Shown: piece after piece, positions 18,618 through 27,759 of the stretch
Position numbering within the stretch: position 1 is the first letter of the stretch
Layout: every line of letters starts with the position of its first letter
Assembly: GCA_963663035.1 (NCBI GenBank)
Contig: OY760074.1
Coordinates: forward strand, 1,344,001 to 1,408,000
Reading direction: 5' to 3'
DNA length: 64,000 nt
From: Acidobacteriota bacterium
GTDB lineage: Bacteria > Acidobacteriota > UBA6911 > RPQK01 > JADFOI01
The notes under the pieces: generated by a model
What the model was told of the DNA's origin: nothing
The model's database searches: none
The model's input: the letters and a program-made list of their open reading frames with translations, nothing else
Made by a program: the position numbers and the translations under genes

Positions 18618-19997
18618 GAGGTTCCGTCAATAAGTGTGTAAATAGACATCAGGCGGCTTTCTCCTGGGTGACTGGGTTGACTGGAACTCCATTGACATAT
18701 TGGGCTCCTTGGTAGACATCCTTCATCAAGTGGGGAGCCTTCAAACGGCGAAATCTCTTCTCAGCGACCAGCAGCATCTTCCAGATGACAGCCCGTGCGT
18801 TGGCCACTTTCTTGAACCTTCGAGCAGCATCGGTTCGCAGTCGCAGAGCAGAGAAGGGAGACTCCACTGGGTTGGTAGTCCGCAGATGTTGCCACTGCTG
18901 TTTGGGATAGTTGTAAAACGTCACCATCCGCTCCCAGTCCTGGTCGATCAGATCAGCCGCTGCCTCCAGGCCTCTCTTGCTACACCAATGTTGGAATCGT
19001 CCTTTGACTCGCTCGGCTTCCTGCCGTGTTTCTGCATAAGGGATCTGCCGCAACATCAACAAGGCCGCTTTGTGCCGACTCTTGGGGATCTTGGCCAGCA
19101 AGTTGACGATGCGATGATTCCAGCATCTCTGCTCGTCGGCTTCTGGGAACACGTTGCGCAACGCTCCCCAGATCCCCAGATGCCCGTCAGCGATCACCAG
19201 ACGGGGTGGGTTCATCCCCCGCTCTTTGAGATCCCGCAGCACTTCGGACCAGCTCTGGGTCGATTCTCGATAACCACTACTGACGGACACCACCACTTTA
19301 GTGCCATCACTTAAAGCGGCGATCACTACCAGAATCACGGCCTTCTCCTTCTCCAGCCCTGCTTTGATGTACACGCCGTCCGCCCACAAATACACGACTT
19401 CCAGATCATCCAGCCGACGGCTCTGCCAGGCCTCCATTTCTCCCTGCCACTTCTGTTTCAACCGGGCTACGGTGCTGGGGGACAGCGGCGCTTCTTCCCC
19501 TAAAAGCCCTCTCAAGGCCAGATCGAAATCCCCCTCGGCCAGACCATGTAAATAGAGTTCTGGAATCAAGTCTCGTACCTCTCGCGTTCGCTTGGCAAAC
19601 AGCGGCAAGACCCGGCTCTCAAAACGCTCTTCCAGATCCCGCACTCGGGGACGCCGCAGCTTGATCGTTCCGCAACTCATCGTCAGTCGCCGCTCCTTGC
19701 CGTAGCCGTTGCGATAGCCACCGGAGGCGTCCACTTCTCGGCGACGCTCATTCTTTCTTCGTCCCAGCAGCTGTGTCACTTCATCCTCCAGCAGTTCCTG
19801 TACGTAAAACTGGATCTGCTCTCGCACCCACTCTTCCAGCTGTTCAAAGCAGACTCTTGACTCCACACTGTGATCAATGTTCTTCTTGCTCATGGCGGTG
19901 TGACTCCTTCCTTTCGGGCTCTTCCGCCCGGGTTTTTATTTTCACCCGGAAGGATAATCACCGCCTGTGCTATTTACACACCTTTTGAGGGTAGCTC
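18618..19997 (-). mobile_element. IS256-family insertion sequence with 9-bp TSD
   Basis: TIRs GAGGTTCCGTCAATAAGTGTGTAAATAG / GAGCTACCCTCAAAAGGTGTGTAAATAG; TSD GGATCTTCG at 18609-18617 and 19998-20006. Confidence 0.95.
18649..19893 (-). CDS. IS256 (Mutator) family transposase
   Basis: YRNGY..R, YLWADG, IADGHLG, QRCWNH and RTTNPVES motifs. Confidence 0.96.
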   Translation of the reverse strand: MSKKNIDHSVESRVCFEQLEEWVREQIQFYVQELLEDEVTQLLGRRKNERRREVDASGGYRNGYGKERRLTMSCGTIKLRRPRVRDLEERFESRVLPLFAKRTREVRDLIPELYLHGLAEGDFDLALRGLLGEEAPLSPSTVARLKQKWQGEMEAWQSRRLDDLEVVYLWADGVYIKAGLEKEKAVILVVIAALSDGTKVVVSVSSGYRESTQSWSEVLRDLKERGMNPPRLVIADGHLGIWGALRNVFPEADEQRCWNHRIVNLLAKIPKSRHKAALLMLRQIPYAETRQEAERVKGRFQHWCSKRGLEAAADLIDQDWERMVTFYNYPKQQWQHLRTTNPVESPFSALRLRTDAARRFKKVANARAVIWKMLLVAEKRFRRLKAPHLMKDVYQGAQYVNGVPVNPVTQEKAA

Positions 19998-20896
19998 GGA
20001 TCTTCGTGGGTGTTGGACCCTATATTTCAGTGGGTACTCTTTTCGACGTGGATCCTGGGTTGATTACTATTTGGGAAAGTGACGTTGATGTGACTGTCCC
20101 AGCAAGTACAATCTTCCCTATCACCGACGTCACCACCGGACAGCTTGGCATGTCGATCACGGGAGGGTACCGGGGCAGGTATCCGTTGCCAGGCCAGACT
20201 TCCTTTAGTGGGTCGGATCGAAATGGACTCTATTTCTCAGCTGACTACCACTATCTTAAAGGGTTTCGATACGATCAAGTGGATTTTACCCTCAATATTG
20301 AAACAGACGCCGCAGGACTGATCAACCCCCTGCCAACGGAGAGTCCCCTGCTCATTGATCAGTTGACCTCCACCAATGGTTCGGGTTTCGCACTGGATTT
20401 CGGAGTTGCGGCCGTTCAAGACAAGTGGGAGTTTGGATTCGGTGCCACTGGAGTTGGCAACAGGATCAACTGGACGGACTTTAAACTGAGACGATTTGAG
20501 CTTGCCGACATTCTGCTGGGCGGAGGCTTCATCGAGTCGACCCTCGTCCCTCCGACGGGCACCACCCAAGTCACCCTACCGGTCAGATATTCGGGTAATG
20601 TCGCCTATCATGAGGAGAGATGGTCGGTGATGACAGATCTCCAGCAAGGCTTCGATGACTTCACCTTCCATGTGGGTTCAGAGTATCGGCTTAATCGCTT
20701 AGCGCTTCGGGCAGGAGGCAGGCTTGCAAGAGACCGCTTTGAGCCCGCCGGTGGTATCGGGCTGAATCTCACCGAGCGACTTTCCTTTGATTTTGCTATG
20801 TTTAGTAGCAGCGCAAACATCGAAAAGGCGCGGGAGTTCTCAACAGCTCTTGGCCTGCGCATCAATCCAAGCAGAGAGAACTGACATTCCAATTCT

Positions 20897-20935
20897 GAAT
20901 GGTGATTTGTGATTGCCAGTCACAAATCACCATTC
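20897..20935. terminator. Hairpin between convergent genes (probable bidirectional terminator)
   Basis: GAATGGTGATTTGTGA-7 nt loop-TCACAAATCACCATTC, a perfect 16-bp stem. Confidence 0.7.
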
Positions 20936-20954
20936 TCCAGAAAAAACGAAGGTC

Positions 20955-22670
20955 TTAGAAGGCTCCGGAGGCCTCGTAAACGATCTTTCCTCCGACCACG
21001 GTCATCAGCACTGGCATAGTACCGATTTCCTCCTCCGGCCAGGTCATGTAATCGCCTCCGAGTACCACCAGGTCGCCCAGTTTACCCGGCTCAATCGAGC
21101 CCAGGATATTCTGCTCGCCACTGTAGCGGGCCGCCCACAGCGTATACATATAGAGAGCCTCCTGCCGGGAAACGCGCTCCGCAGGATTCCAGATTCGTCC
21201 GTCTTCCGATTTTCGAGTGATGAATCTCTGGATCGAATCCAGTCCTCCTCCGATCTCGATGCTGGGCCTGATCCCGGCATCGATTGCTGACTTGACTGGA
21301 GACATGCCATAGACGGCGTCGGGGCCGTACATGGTAACCAGGCCCGCATTATTCCCGGAAAAAGCCCCGGCATCCATCGACGTATTCATATCCATTTCTT
21401 TGATCAAGTCAAAGTGGCGTTCCGTCAGCCCCTTCTGATGGTCGAATCCAAAGTGGCGCCCAACCAGAGATTTTTCCTGATGGGCTTCGGCGAAAACGTC
21501 CAGCAGCAGATCGTTGCTGGCATCTCCTTCGCTGTGAAGACCCATGATGCTCCAACCATAGCGATTGGCCAGGATGATGGCTCGTCGATCACTGGTGGCC
21601 ACGTTTCCGGTGGACTCCCACTTGTTCCACCCGTAAGGACCATAGGGGTCACCTTCAGCCATCTGGATTTTCGCGAAGGTGAACAACCCTGAACCCGTAC
21701 CTGTGGACCCGTCTACCACCTGCACGGTCGCTCCGATAATCTTCATCCAGTCGTCTCCAAAGTCTGTCAGGTTTCCGATCCGCTTCAGGAACGCTTCGGG
21801 TCGTGCCTGGGAGCGCAGGAACTCATGGGCCAGTCTGACGCGCACAGGAAGTTCCCCCGCCTTCCACAGCTCCAGCAGGATGGAGATGGTCTCACCTTGT
21901 CCTCTTCCCATGAGGGTGGTGATCCCGCGCGGCCCGTGGCGTTTCAGGGCTTCACGTTCTCTGGCGACTGCCCCCTCAAAATCGTCTTGCCCGGGCTTGA
22001 ACTCATAGATCACTATTCCGGCCGGACCACCTCTTATCTGACCCGTGTAGTTTCCCTGCTCATCTTTGAGAATGCCATCCAATCCCTGCGCCACTGGAAG
22101 TAGTTTCTTCAGCATCTGGCTGTTGATGATGACCTGATTGTTGGGACAGCTGATGGAGATCGGGTTGTTGGGAGAAGCGGCATCCAACTCCGCCAGCGTC
22201 ACCTCTATCGTCAGGTATTTGTTGCTGGGTCCCGCCATGTAGATTTCCTCGCCCGGAGGAAGCTCAGCCACCGCAGCCTTGATCTCTTCCAGCCCGCTGG
22301 CCACGTCTTCGAACTGCAACCTAACAGTTCCACTCTTTGAAGCATTGCCGATGTAGCCGTGCTGGTGGGTGGCGATCAGCCCCGGGATGATACCTCGACC
22401 CTCAAGATCGACTCTTCTCGTCTGTGGACCCGCCATGGCCTGGATGGCCTGGCTTTCCCCCACGGCCAGAAACTTCCCGTCTCGGATCGCTACCGCTTCT
22501 CGTATGGAAAAATCCTCGTCGGCGGTAATGACCTGGCCGTTGTAAAATATAATGTCCGCGTACTCGATGACCTCCGACGGCAGGCTCTGGGCGGCCAGAA
22601 ATGCGCTGCAGATCCCCAGCATCAAGCAGGCCAGAAAACCCATTTGAAACTTCTTAATCCACTGGTTCAT
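20955..22670 (-). CDS. Secreted amidohydrolase-3 (YtcJ-like), paralog 1
   Basis: Signal peptide; AVAIRDGKFLAVG, PGLIATHQH, HSEGD, GSIEPGKLGDLVVL and TVVGGKIVY motifs. Confidence 0.9.
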   Translation of the reverse strand: MNQWIKKFQMGFLACLMLGICSAFLAAQSLPSEVIEYADIIFYNGQVITADEDFSIREAVAIRDGKFLAVGESQAIQAMAGPQTRRVDLEGRGIIPGLIATHQHGYIGNASKSGTVRLQFEDVASGLEEIKAAVAELPPGEEIYMAGPSNKYLTIEVTLAELDAASPNNPISISCPNNQVIINSQMLKKLLPVAQGLDGILKDEQGNYTGQIRGGPAGIVIYEFKPGQDDFEGAVAREREALKRHGPRGITTLMGRGQGETISILLELWKAGELPVRVRLAHEFLRSQARPEAFLKRIGNLTDFGDDWMKIIGATVQVVDGSTGTGSGLFTFAKIQMAEGDPYGPYGWNKWESTGNVATSDRRAIILANRYGWSIMGLHSEGDASNDLLLDVFAEAHQEKSLVGRHFGFDHQKGLTERHFDLIKEMDMNTSMDAGAFSGNNAGLVTMYGPDAVYGMSPVKSAIDAGIRPSIEIGGGLDSIQRFITRKSEDGRIWNPAERVSRQEALYMYTLWAARYSGEQNILGSIEPGKLGDLVVLGGDYMTWPEEEIGTMPVLMTVVGGKIVYEASGAF

Positions 22671-23013
22671 TGTAAACCTCCTGTTTTTTGGTTGACTGTG
22701 ATTCCCGGCAAATCCTGAGTTGTTCCCGTATTGAGCGCTTTAGGAGCTGCGCTGTAAGGAAGAATATAAGGGAAGATGAGAACAGTCAACACAATTCACC
22801 ATGGATACTGGTCTGCTCCGATTTTCATCTAGTTGCACTCTATGAAACTATACTTTCGTATAGCAACTAATGAGCTTCTCAAATAATGCGGGTTGGGAAT
22901 TGAAAAGAAGGGACAGTCCCCGAATGCCTTCAATGCCCCCCCGGATCGACACGGACACCAATCCGCGCCGATCCGTGAGGAGACAGAAGAGCTGTCCGGA
23001 GTTCACGAAGATC

Positions 23014-24729
23014 TTAGAAGGCTCCGGAGGCCTCGTAAACGATCTTTCCTCCGACCACGGTCATATGCACTGGCAAAGCGCTGAGTTCATCCTCCGGCCA
23101 GGTCATATAATCGGCTCCGAGTACCACCACGTCGCCCAGTTTACCCACCTCAATCGAGCCCAGGATATCCTGCTCGCCACTGTAGCGGGCCGACCACTGC
23201 GTGTACATATAGAGCGCCTCCTGCTTGGAGACCCGCTCGTCCGCATTCCAGACTCGGCCGTCATCCGTCTTTCGAGTGATGAAGGCCTGGAGCGATTCCA
23301 TTCCATCTCCGATCTCGATGCTGGGCTTGATCCCGGCATCGATAGCTGACTTGACTGGAGACATGTTATATACGGCGTCTGGGCCGTACATGTGAACGAT
23401 GCTCGAATTATCCCCGGAGAAAGGACTTGCATACATAATCGGAGTTATCCCCATCTCCTTGATCAGGTCAAAGTGGCGTTCCCGCAGCCCTGCCTGATGG
23501 TCGAATCCAAAGTGGCGGCCAGCCAGCGATCTTTCCTGATGGGCTTCGGAGAAAGCGTCCAGCAGCACATCGTCGCTGGCATCTCCCGCGCTGTGAAGGC
23601 CCAGGATGCTCCAACCATAGCGGTTGGCCAGGATGATGTTTCGCCGATCACTGGTGGCGATGTCTTCGGTTGCCGCCCATTTGTTCCATCCGTAAGGACC
23701 ATAGGCGTCACCTTCAGCCAGGTTGAGTTTCGCGAAGGTTTGCAAATTTGCACCCGGACCTCCGGACCCGTCTACCACCTGCACGGTAGCTCCGATGATC
23801 TTCAGCCAATCGTCTCCAAAGTCTGTCAGGTTTCCGACCCGCTTCAGGTACGCTTCGGGGCGTGGCTGAGAGCGCAGCATCTCGTGGGCCAGTCTGATGC
23901 GCACAGGAAGTGCCTTCTCCTTCCAGATCTCCCGCAGGATGGTGACAGTCTGACCTTGCCCTCTTCCCATCACGGTGGTGATCCCGCGCGGGCCCCAGCG
24001 CTTCAGTTGTTCCCTTTCTCTGTCGATCGCGGCCTCAAAATCTTCGTGCCAGGGCATGAACTCATAGAGCACGATTCCGGCCGGACCACCTCTTAGCTGA
24101 CCCGTGTAGTTTCCCTGCTCATCCTTGAGAATGCCAAACATCCCCTGCGCCTCTGGAAGGAGTCTGTTCAGCATCAGGCTGTTGACAACAACCTGATTGT
24201 TGGGACAGGTGACCACCAGCGGGTTGTTTGGGGAAGCGGCATCCAGCTGTGCCAGCGTCACATCTATGGTCATGGCGTGGTTGCTGGGTCCCCCCGACCA
24301 GATCTCCTCACCCGGAGCATATTTGGCCACCAGAGCCTTGATTTCCTCCAGACCGCTGGCCACGTCCTTGAACTGCAGCCTCTCGGTCCCGCTCTTTGAA
24401 GAATTGCCCACGTAGCCGTGTTGGTGGGTGGCAATCAGCCCGGGGATGAGGCTTCGACCGTCAAGATCCACTTTTCTCGTCTGTGGACCCGCCATGGCCT
24501 CGATGGCCCGGCTGTCCCCAACGGCCAGAAACTTTCCGTCCCGGATGGCTACAGCTTCTCGTATGGAAAAACCCTCGTCGACGGTAAGGACCTTGCCGTT
24601 GTAAAACACGATGTCCGCATAGTGGATGACCTCCGACGGCAGGCTCTGTGCGACCAGAAATCCGCTACAGATCCCCAGCATCAAGCAGGCCAGAACACCC
24701 ATTTGAAACTTCTTAATCCACTGGTTCAT
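23014..24729 (-). CDS. Secreted amidohydrolase-3 (YtcJ-like), paralog 2
   Basis: Same motifs and the same 1716-nt length when started at MNQWIKK (ATG 24729, RBS AGGAGG). Confidence 0.9.
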   Translation of the reverse strand: MNQWIKKFQMGVLACLMLGICSGFLVAQSLPSEVIHYADIVFYNGKVLTVDEGFSIREAVAIRDGKFLAVGDSRAIEAMAGPQTRKVDLDGRSLIPGLIATHQHGYVGNSSKSGTERLQFKDVASGLEEIKALVAKYAPGEEIWSGGPSNHAMTIDVTLAQLDAASPNNPLVVTCPNNQVVVNSLMLNRLLPEAQGMFGILKDEQGNYTGQLRGGPAGIVLYEFMPWHEDFEAAIDREREQLKRWGPRGITTVMGRGQGQTVTILREIWKEKALPVRIRLAHEMLRSQPRPEAYLKRVGNLTDFGDDWLKIIGATVQVVDGSGGPGANLQTFAKLNLAEGDAYGPYGWNKWAATEDIATSDRRNIILANRYGWSILGLHSAGDASDDVLLDAFSEAHQERSLAGRHFGFDHQAGLRERHFDLIKEMGITPIMYASPFSGDNSSIVHMYGPDAVYNMSPVKSAIDAGIKPSIEIGDGMESLQAFITRKTDDGRVWNADERVSKQEALYMYTQWSARYSGEQDILGSIEVGKLGDVVVLGADYMTWPEDELSALPVHMTVVGGKIVYEASGAF

Positions 24730-24844
24730 TGGAAACCTCCTGTTTTTTGTTAACTGTGATTCCCGGCAAATTCTGAGCACTCCGGGCGAAGAAAACACCC
24801 TCGTTGACTACGCCTCCCGAGTTGTCCCCGAATTCACGAAGATT

Positions 24845-26560
24845 TTAAAAGGCTCCGGAGGCCTCGTAAACGATCTTTCCTCCGACCACGGTCATATGCA
24901 CGGGCAAAGCGCTGAGTTCATCCTCCGGCCAGGTCATATAATCGGCTCCGAGTACCACCACGTCGCCCAGTTTACCCACCTCAATCGAGCCCAGGATATC
25001 CTGCTCGCCACTGTAGCGGGCCGACCACAGCGTGTACATATGGAGCGCCTCCTGCTTGGAGACCCGCTCGTCCGCATTCCAGACTCGGCCGTCATCCGAC
25101 TTTCGAGTGATGAAGGCCTGGAGCGATTCCATGCCTCCGCCGATCTCGATGCTGGGCTTGATCCCGGCATCGATAGCTGACTTGACTGGAGACATGTTAT
25201 ATACGGCGTCGGGGCCGTACATGTGAACCATCCACGCATTATCCCCGGCGAAAGCAGTGGAATACATAACCGGAGTTATGCCCATTTCCTTGATCATTTC
25301 AAAGTGGCGTTCCCGCAGCCCGGCCTGATGGTCGAATCCAAAGTGGCGGCCAGCCAGTGGTCTTTCCTCATTGGCTTCGGCAAAAGCCTCCAGCAGTATA
25401 TCGTCGCTGGCATCTCCCGCGCTGTGAAGGCCCAGGATGCTCCAACCGTAGCGGTTGGCCAGGATGATGTTTCGCCGATCACTGGTGGCGATGTCTCCGG
25501 TTGCCGCCCATTTGTTCCATCCGTAAGGACCATAGGCGTCACCTTCAGCCAGGTTGATTTTCGCGAAGGTTTGCAAATTCGAACCCGTACCTCCGGACCC
25601 GTCTACCACCTGCACGGTGGCTCCGATGATCTTCAGCCAATCGTCTCCAAAGTCTGTCAGGTTTCCGACCCGCTTCAGGTAAGCCTCGGGGCGTGGCTGA
25701 GAGCGCAGCATCTCGTGGGCCAGTCTGATGCGCACAGGAAGTGCCTTCTCTTTCCAGATCTCCCGCAGGATGGTGATGGTCTGACCTTGCCCTCTTCCCA
25801 TCACGGTGGTGATCCCGCGCGGGCCCCAGCGCTTCAGTTGTTCCCTTTCTCTGGCGACTGCGTCCTCAAAATCTGGGTGCCAGGGCATGAACTCATAGAG
25901 CACGATTCCGGCCGGACCACCTCTTAGCTGACCCGTGTAGTTGCCCTGCTCATCCTTGAGAATGCCAAACATCCCCTGCGCCTCTGGAAGGAGTCTGTTC
26001 AGCATCAGGCTGTTGACCACAACCTGATTGTTGGGACAGGTGACCACCAGCGGGTTGTTGGGGGAAGCGGCATCCAGCTGTGCCAGCGTCACATCTATGG
26101 TCATGGCGTGGTTGCTGGGTCCCCCCGACCAGATCTCCTCACCCGGAGCATATTTGGCCACCAGAGCCTTGATTTCCTCCAGACCGCTGGCCACGTCCTT
26201 GAACTGCAGCCTCTCGGTCCCGCTCTTTGAAGAATTGCCCACGTAGCCGTGTTGGTGGGTGGCAATCAGCCCGGGGATGAGGCTTCGACCCTCAAGATCC
26301 ACTTTTCTCGTCTGTGGACCTGCCATGGCTTCGATGGCCTGGCTGTCCCCAACGGCCAGAAACTTCCCGTCCCGGATCGCTACAGCTTCCCGTATGGAAA
26401 AACCCTCGTCGGCGGTAAGGACCTTGCCGTTGTAAAAGACGATGTCCGCATAGTGGATGACCTCCGACGGCAGGCTCTGGGCGGCCAGAAATGCGCTACA
26501 CATCCCCACCATCAAGCAGGCCAGAACACCCATTTCAAACTTCTTAAGCCACTGGTTCAT
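24845..26560 (-). CDS. Secreted amidohydrolase-3 (YtcJ-like), paralog 3
   Basis: Near-identical to paralog 2 over long stretches. Confidence 0.9.
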   Translation of the reverse strand: MNQWLKKFEMGVLACLMVGMCSAFLAAQSLPSEVIHYADIVFYNGKVLTADEGFSIREAVAIRDGKFLAVGDSQAIEAMAGPQTRKVDLEGRSLIPGLIATHQHGYVGNSSKSGTERLQFKDVASGLEEIKALVAKYAPGEEIWSGGPSNHAMTIDVTLAQLDAASPNNPLVVTCPNNQVVVNSLMLNRLLPEAQGMFGILKDEQGNYTGQLRGGPAGIVLYEFMPWHPDFEDAVAREREQLKRWGPRGITTVMGRGQGQTITILREIWKEKALPVRIRLAHEMLRSQPRPEAYLKRVGNLTDFGDDWLKIIGATVQVVDGSGGTGSNLQTFAKINLAEGDAYGPYGWNKWAATGDIATSDRRNIILANRYGWSILGLHSAGDASDDILLEAFAEANEERPLAGRHFGFDHQAGLRERHFEMIKEMGITPVMYSTAFAGDNAWMVHMYGPDAVYNMSPVKSAIDAGIKPSIEIGGGMESLQAFITRKSDDGRVWNADERVSKQEALHMYTLWSARYSGEQDILGSIEVGKLGDVVVLGADYMTWPEDELSALPVHMTVVGGKIVYEASGAF

Positions 26561-26692
26561 TGGAAACCTCCTGTTTTTGTTGACTGTTCATTCGCTCTCC
26601 ACCTCTTGCGCAACAAGAGGGTGTGACAAATCGTTGCATAGAGCCTACCATTTAGCTTTCAGAATGCAAAGATAAGATTTAGCAAATTCCTA

Positions 26693-26911
26693 TTGAAGTC
26701 CTGCCCTCAGATCCTGTCACAGATGCATGCACATCCGGCAAGCGTGGGGGTTTTCCTGACGGACCTTAATGGCCGGTTCACCTATCCAGATGGCAGCTCG
26801 GAGGAAATTCAAGCCAAAGCCGATGACGCTGCCTGGTTCGATGCAGTAGAACACCTCCCGGAAAGTTTGAGCGATCAACCGCTAGAGATTCTCCTTATCG
26901 AGCTGAAGTAA
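26693..26911 (+). pseudogene. 5'-truncated cupin-domain gene fragment
   Basis: MHAHP..V.VFLTD...RFTYPDG..EE..KA..W..EHLPE..PLEILLIELK is a cupin C-terminal half; no N-terminal part or RBS. Confidence 0.6.
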
Positions 26912-27029
26912 GGCTTGAGTGTCTCGTCCCGCATTATCCGGGCTAGACGCCTGATTGATGCGCCTCACCGACGAAGCGTGGCAAATCCTGGAAAAACCGG
27001 AGTAGCTGCCATAGGGAGATATTTGATTC

Positions 27030-27058
27030 TTGACATAAATATTACAAACTTGTAATAA
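27030..27058 (+). promoter_or_regulatory. Sigma70-like promoter with palindromic operator
   Basis: TTGACA at 27030, 17 nt spacer, TAATAA; palindrome TATTACAA-AC-TTGTAATA at 27040-27057. Confidence 0.65.
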
Positions 27059-27075
27059 TACTTTAGGTGGTTAAT

Positions 27076-27759
27076 ATGACTGGGATGCAACTTAGAAAAG
27101 CGCGGAAAGAAAAAGGCTGGAGCCAGCAACAGGCTTCTGCTCGTTTGGGTGTGTCTCAACCGTACCTGTCCTTGCTGGAAAGGAGGCAAAGACGCTTAAC
27201 TCCCCGCCTAGTAGCTCGTGCAACAGGCGTTTTCGATTTGCCTCTCACTTCATTGCCACTGAAGCCGGTTGGCTCGCAGACTCACACACTACAACAGGTG
27301 GCAGAAGAATTGTCTGCTTTGGGGTATCCAGGTTTTGCATACATGCGAACGAGAAAGAGACGTAACCCGGCTGAGGCTTTGGTTGCGGCGCTCAAACAAG
27401 AGAATTTAGAAGCTCGGCTCGCGGAGGCACTTCCTTGGGTTCTTCTCAATTACCCGAACCTTGCTTGGAAATGGCTTCTGGACCAAGCTCGACTACACAA
27501 TCTTCAGAATCGACTGGGCTTCTTGGTTTCCATGGCCCGAACGAAGCTAGAGGAAAAGGGCGAATTGCAGAGCCGTCGTTATAGAACTTTGTGCTACGCC
27601 GAAGAACAGCTGGAAAGCAGCCGTCTTGCACAGGAAGATGCTTTTGGTGAAGCGGCTCTGACTGCTCGGGAACGCGAATGGCTGCGTGAACACCGCCCTG
27701 CATTGGCAGCACGTTGGAATTTACTCTCAGATCTAAGTCCGGAACACCTTCCCTACTGA
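27076..27759 (+). CDS. XRE-family HTH protein with extended C-terminal domain
   Basis: LRKARKEKGWSQQQASARLGVSQPYLSLLE HTH, then EARLAEALPWVL..LQNRLGFL. Confidence 0.85.
   Translation: MTGMQLRKARKEKGWSQQQASARLGVSQPYLSLLERRQRRLTPRLVARATGVFDLPLTSLPLKPVGSQTHTLQQVAEELSALGYPGFAYMRTRKRRNPAEALVAALKQENLEARLAEALPWVLLNYPNLAWKWLLDQARLHNLQNRLGFLVSMARTKLEEKGELQSRRYRTLCYAEEQLESSRLAQEDAFGEAALTAREREWLREHRPALAARWNLLSDLSPEHLPY

Larger units (their letters stand above)
18101..20884 (+). pseudogene. Outer-membrane beta-barrel protein gene interrupted by IS256
   Basis: Removing the IS and one TSD copy fuses ..SSHGIF to VGVGPYIS.. in frame. Signal peptide, PRNIALGG motif and beta-strand pattern. Confidence 0.85.

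Noticed and set aside
20955-26560. Diversity-generating retroelement template/variable repeats
   Set aside because: These are whole-gene duplications, the differences are not adenine-specific, and there is no reverse transcriptase in the window.
20913-26626. Recurrent plus-strand ORFs (e.g. 23392-24096, 25223-25927) that look conserved
   Set aside because: They are antisense shadows of the duplicated amidohydrolase genes.
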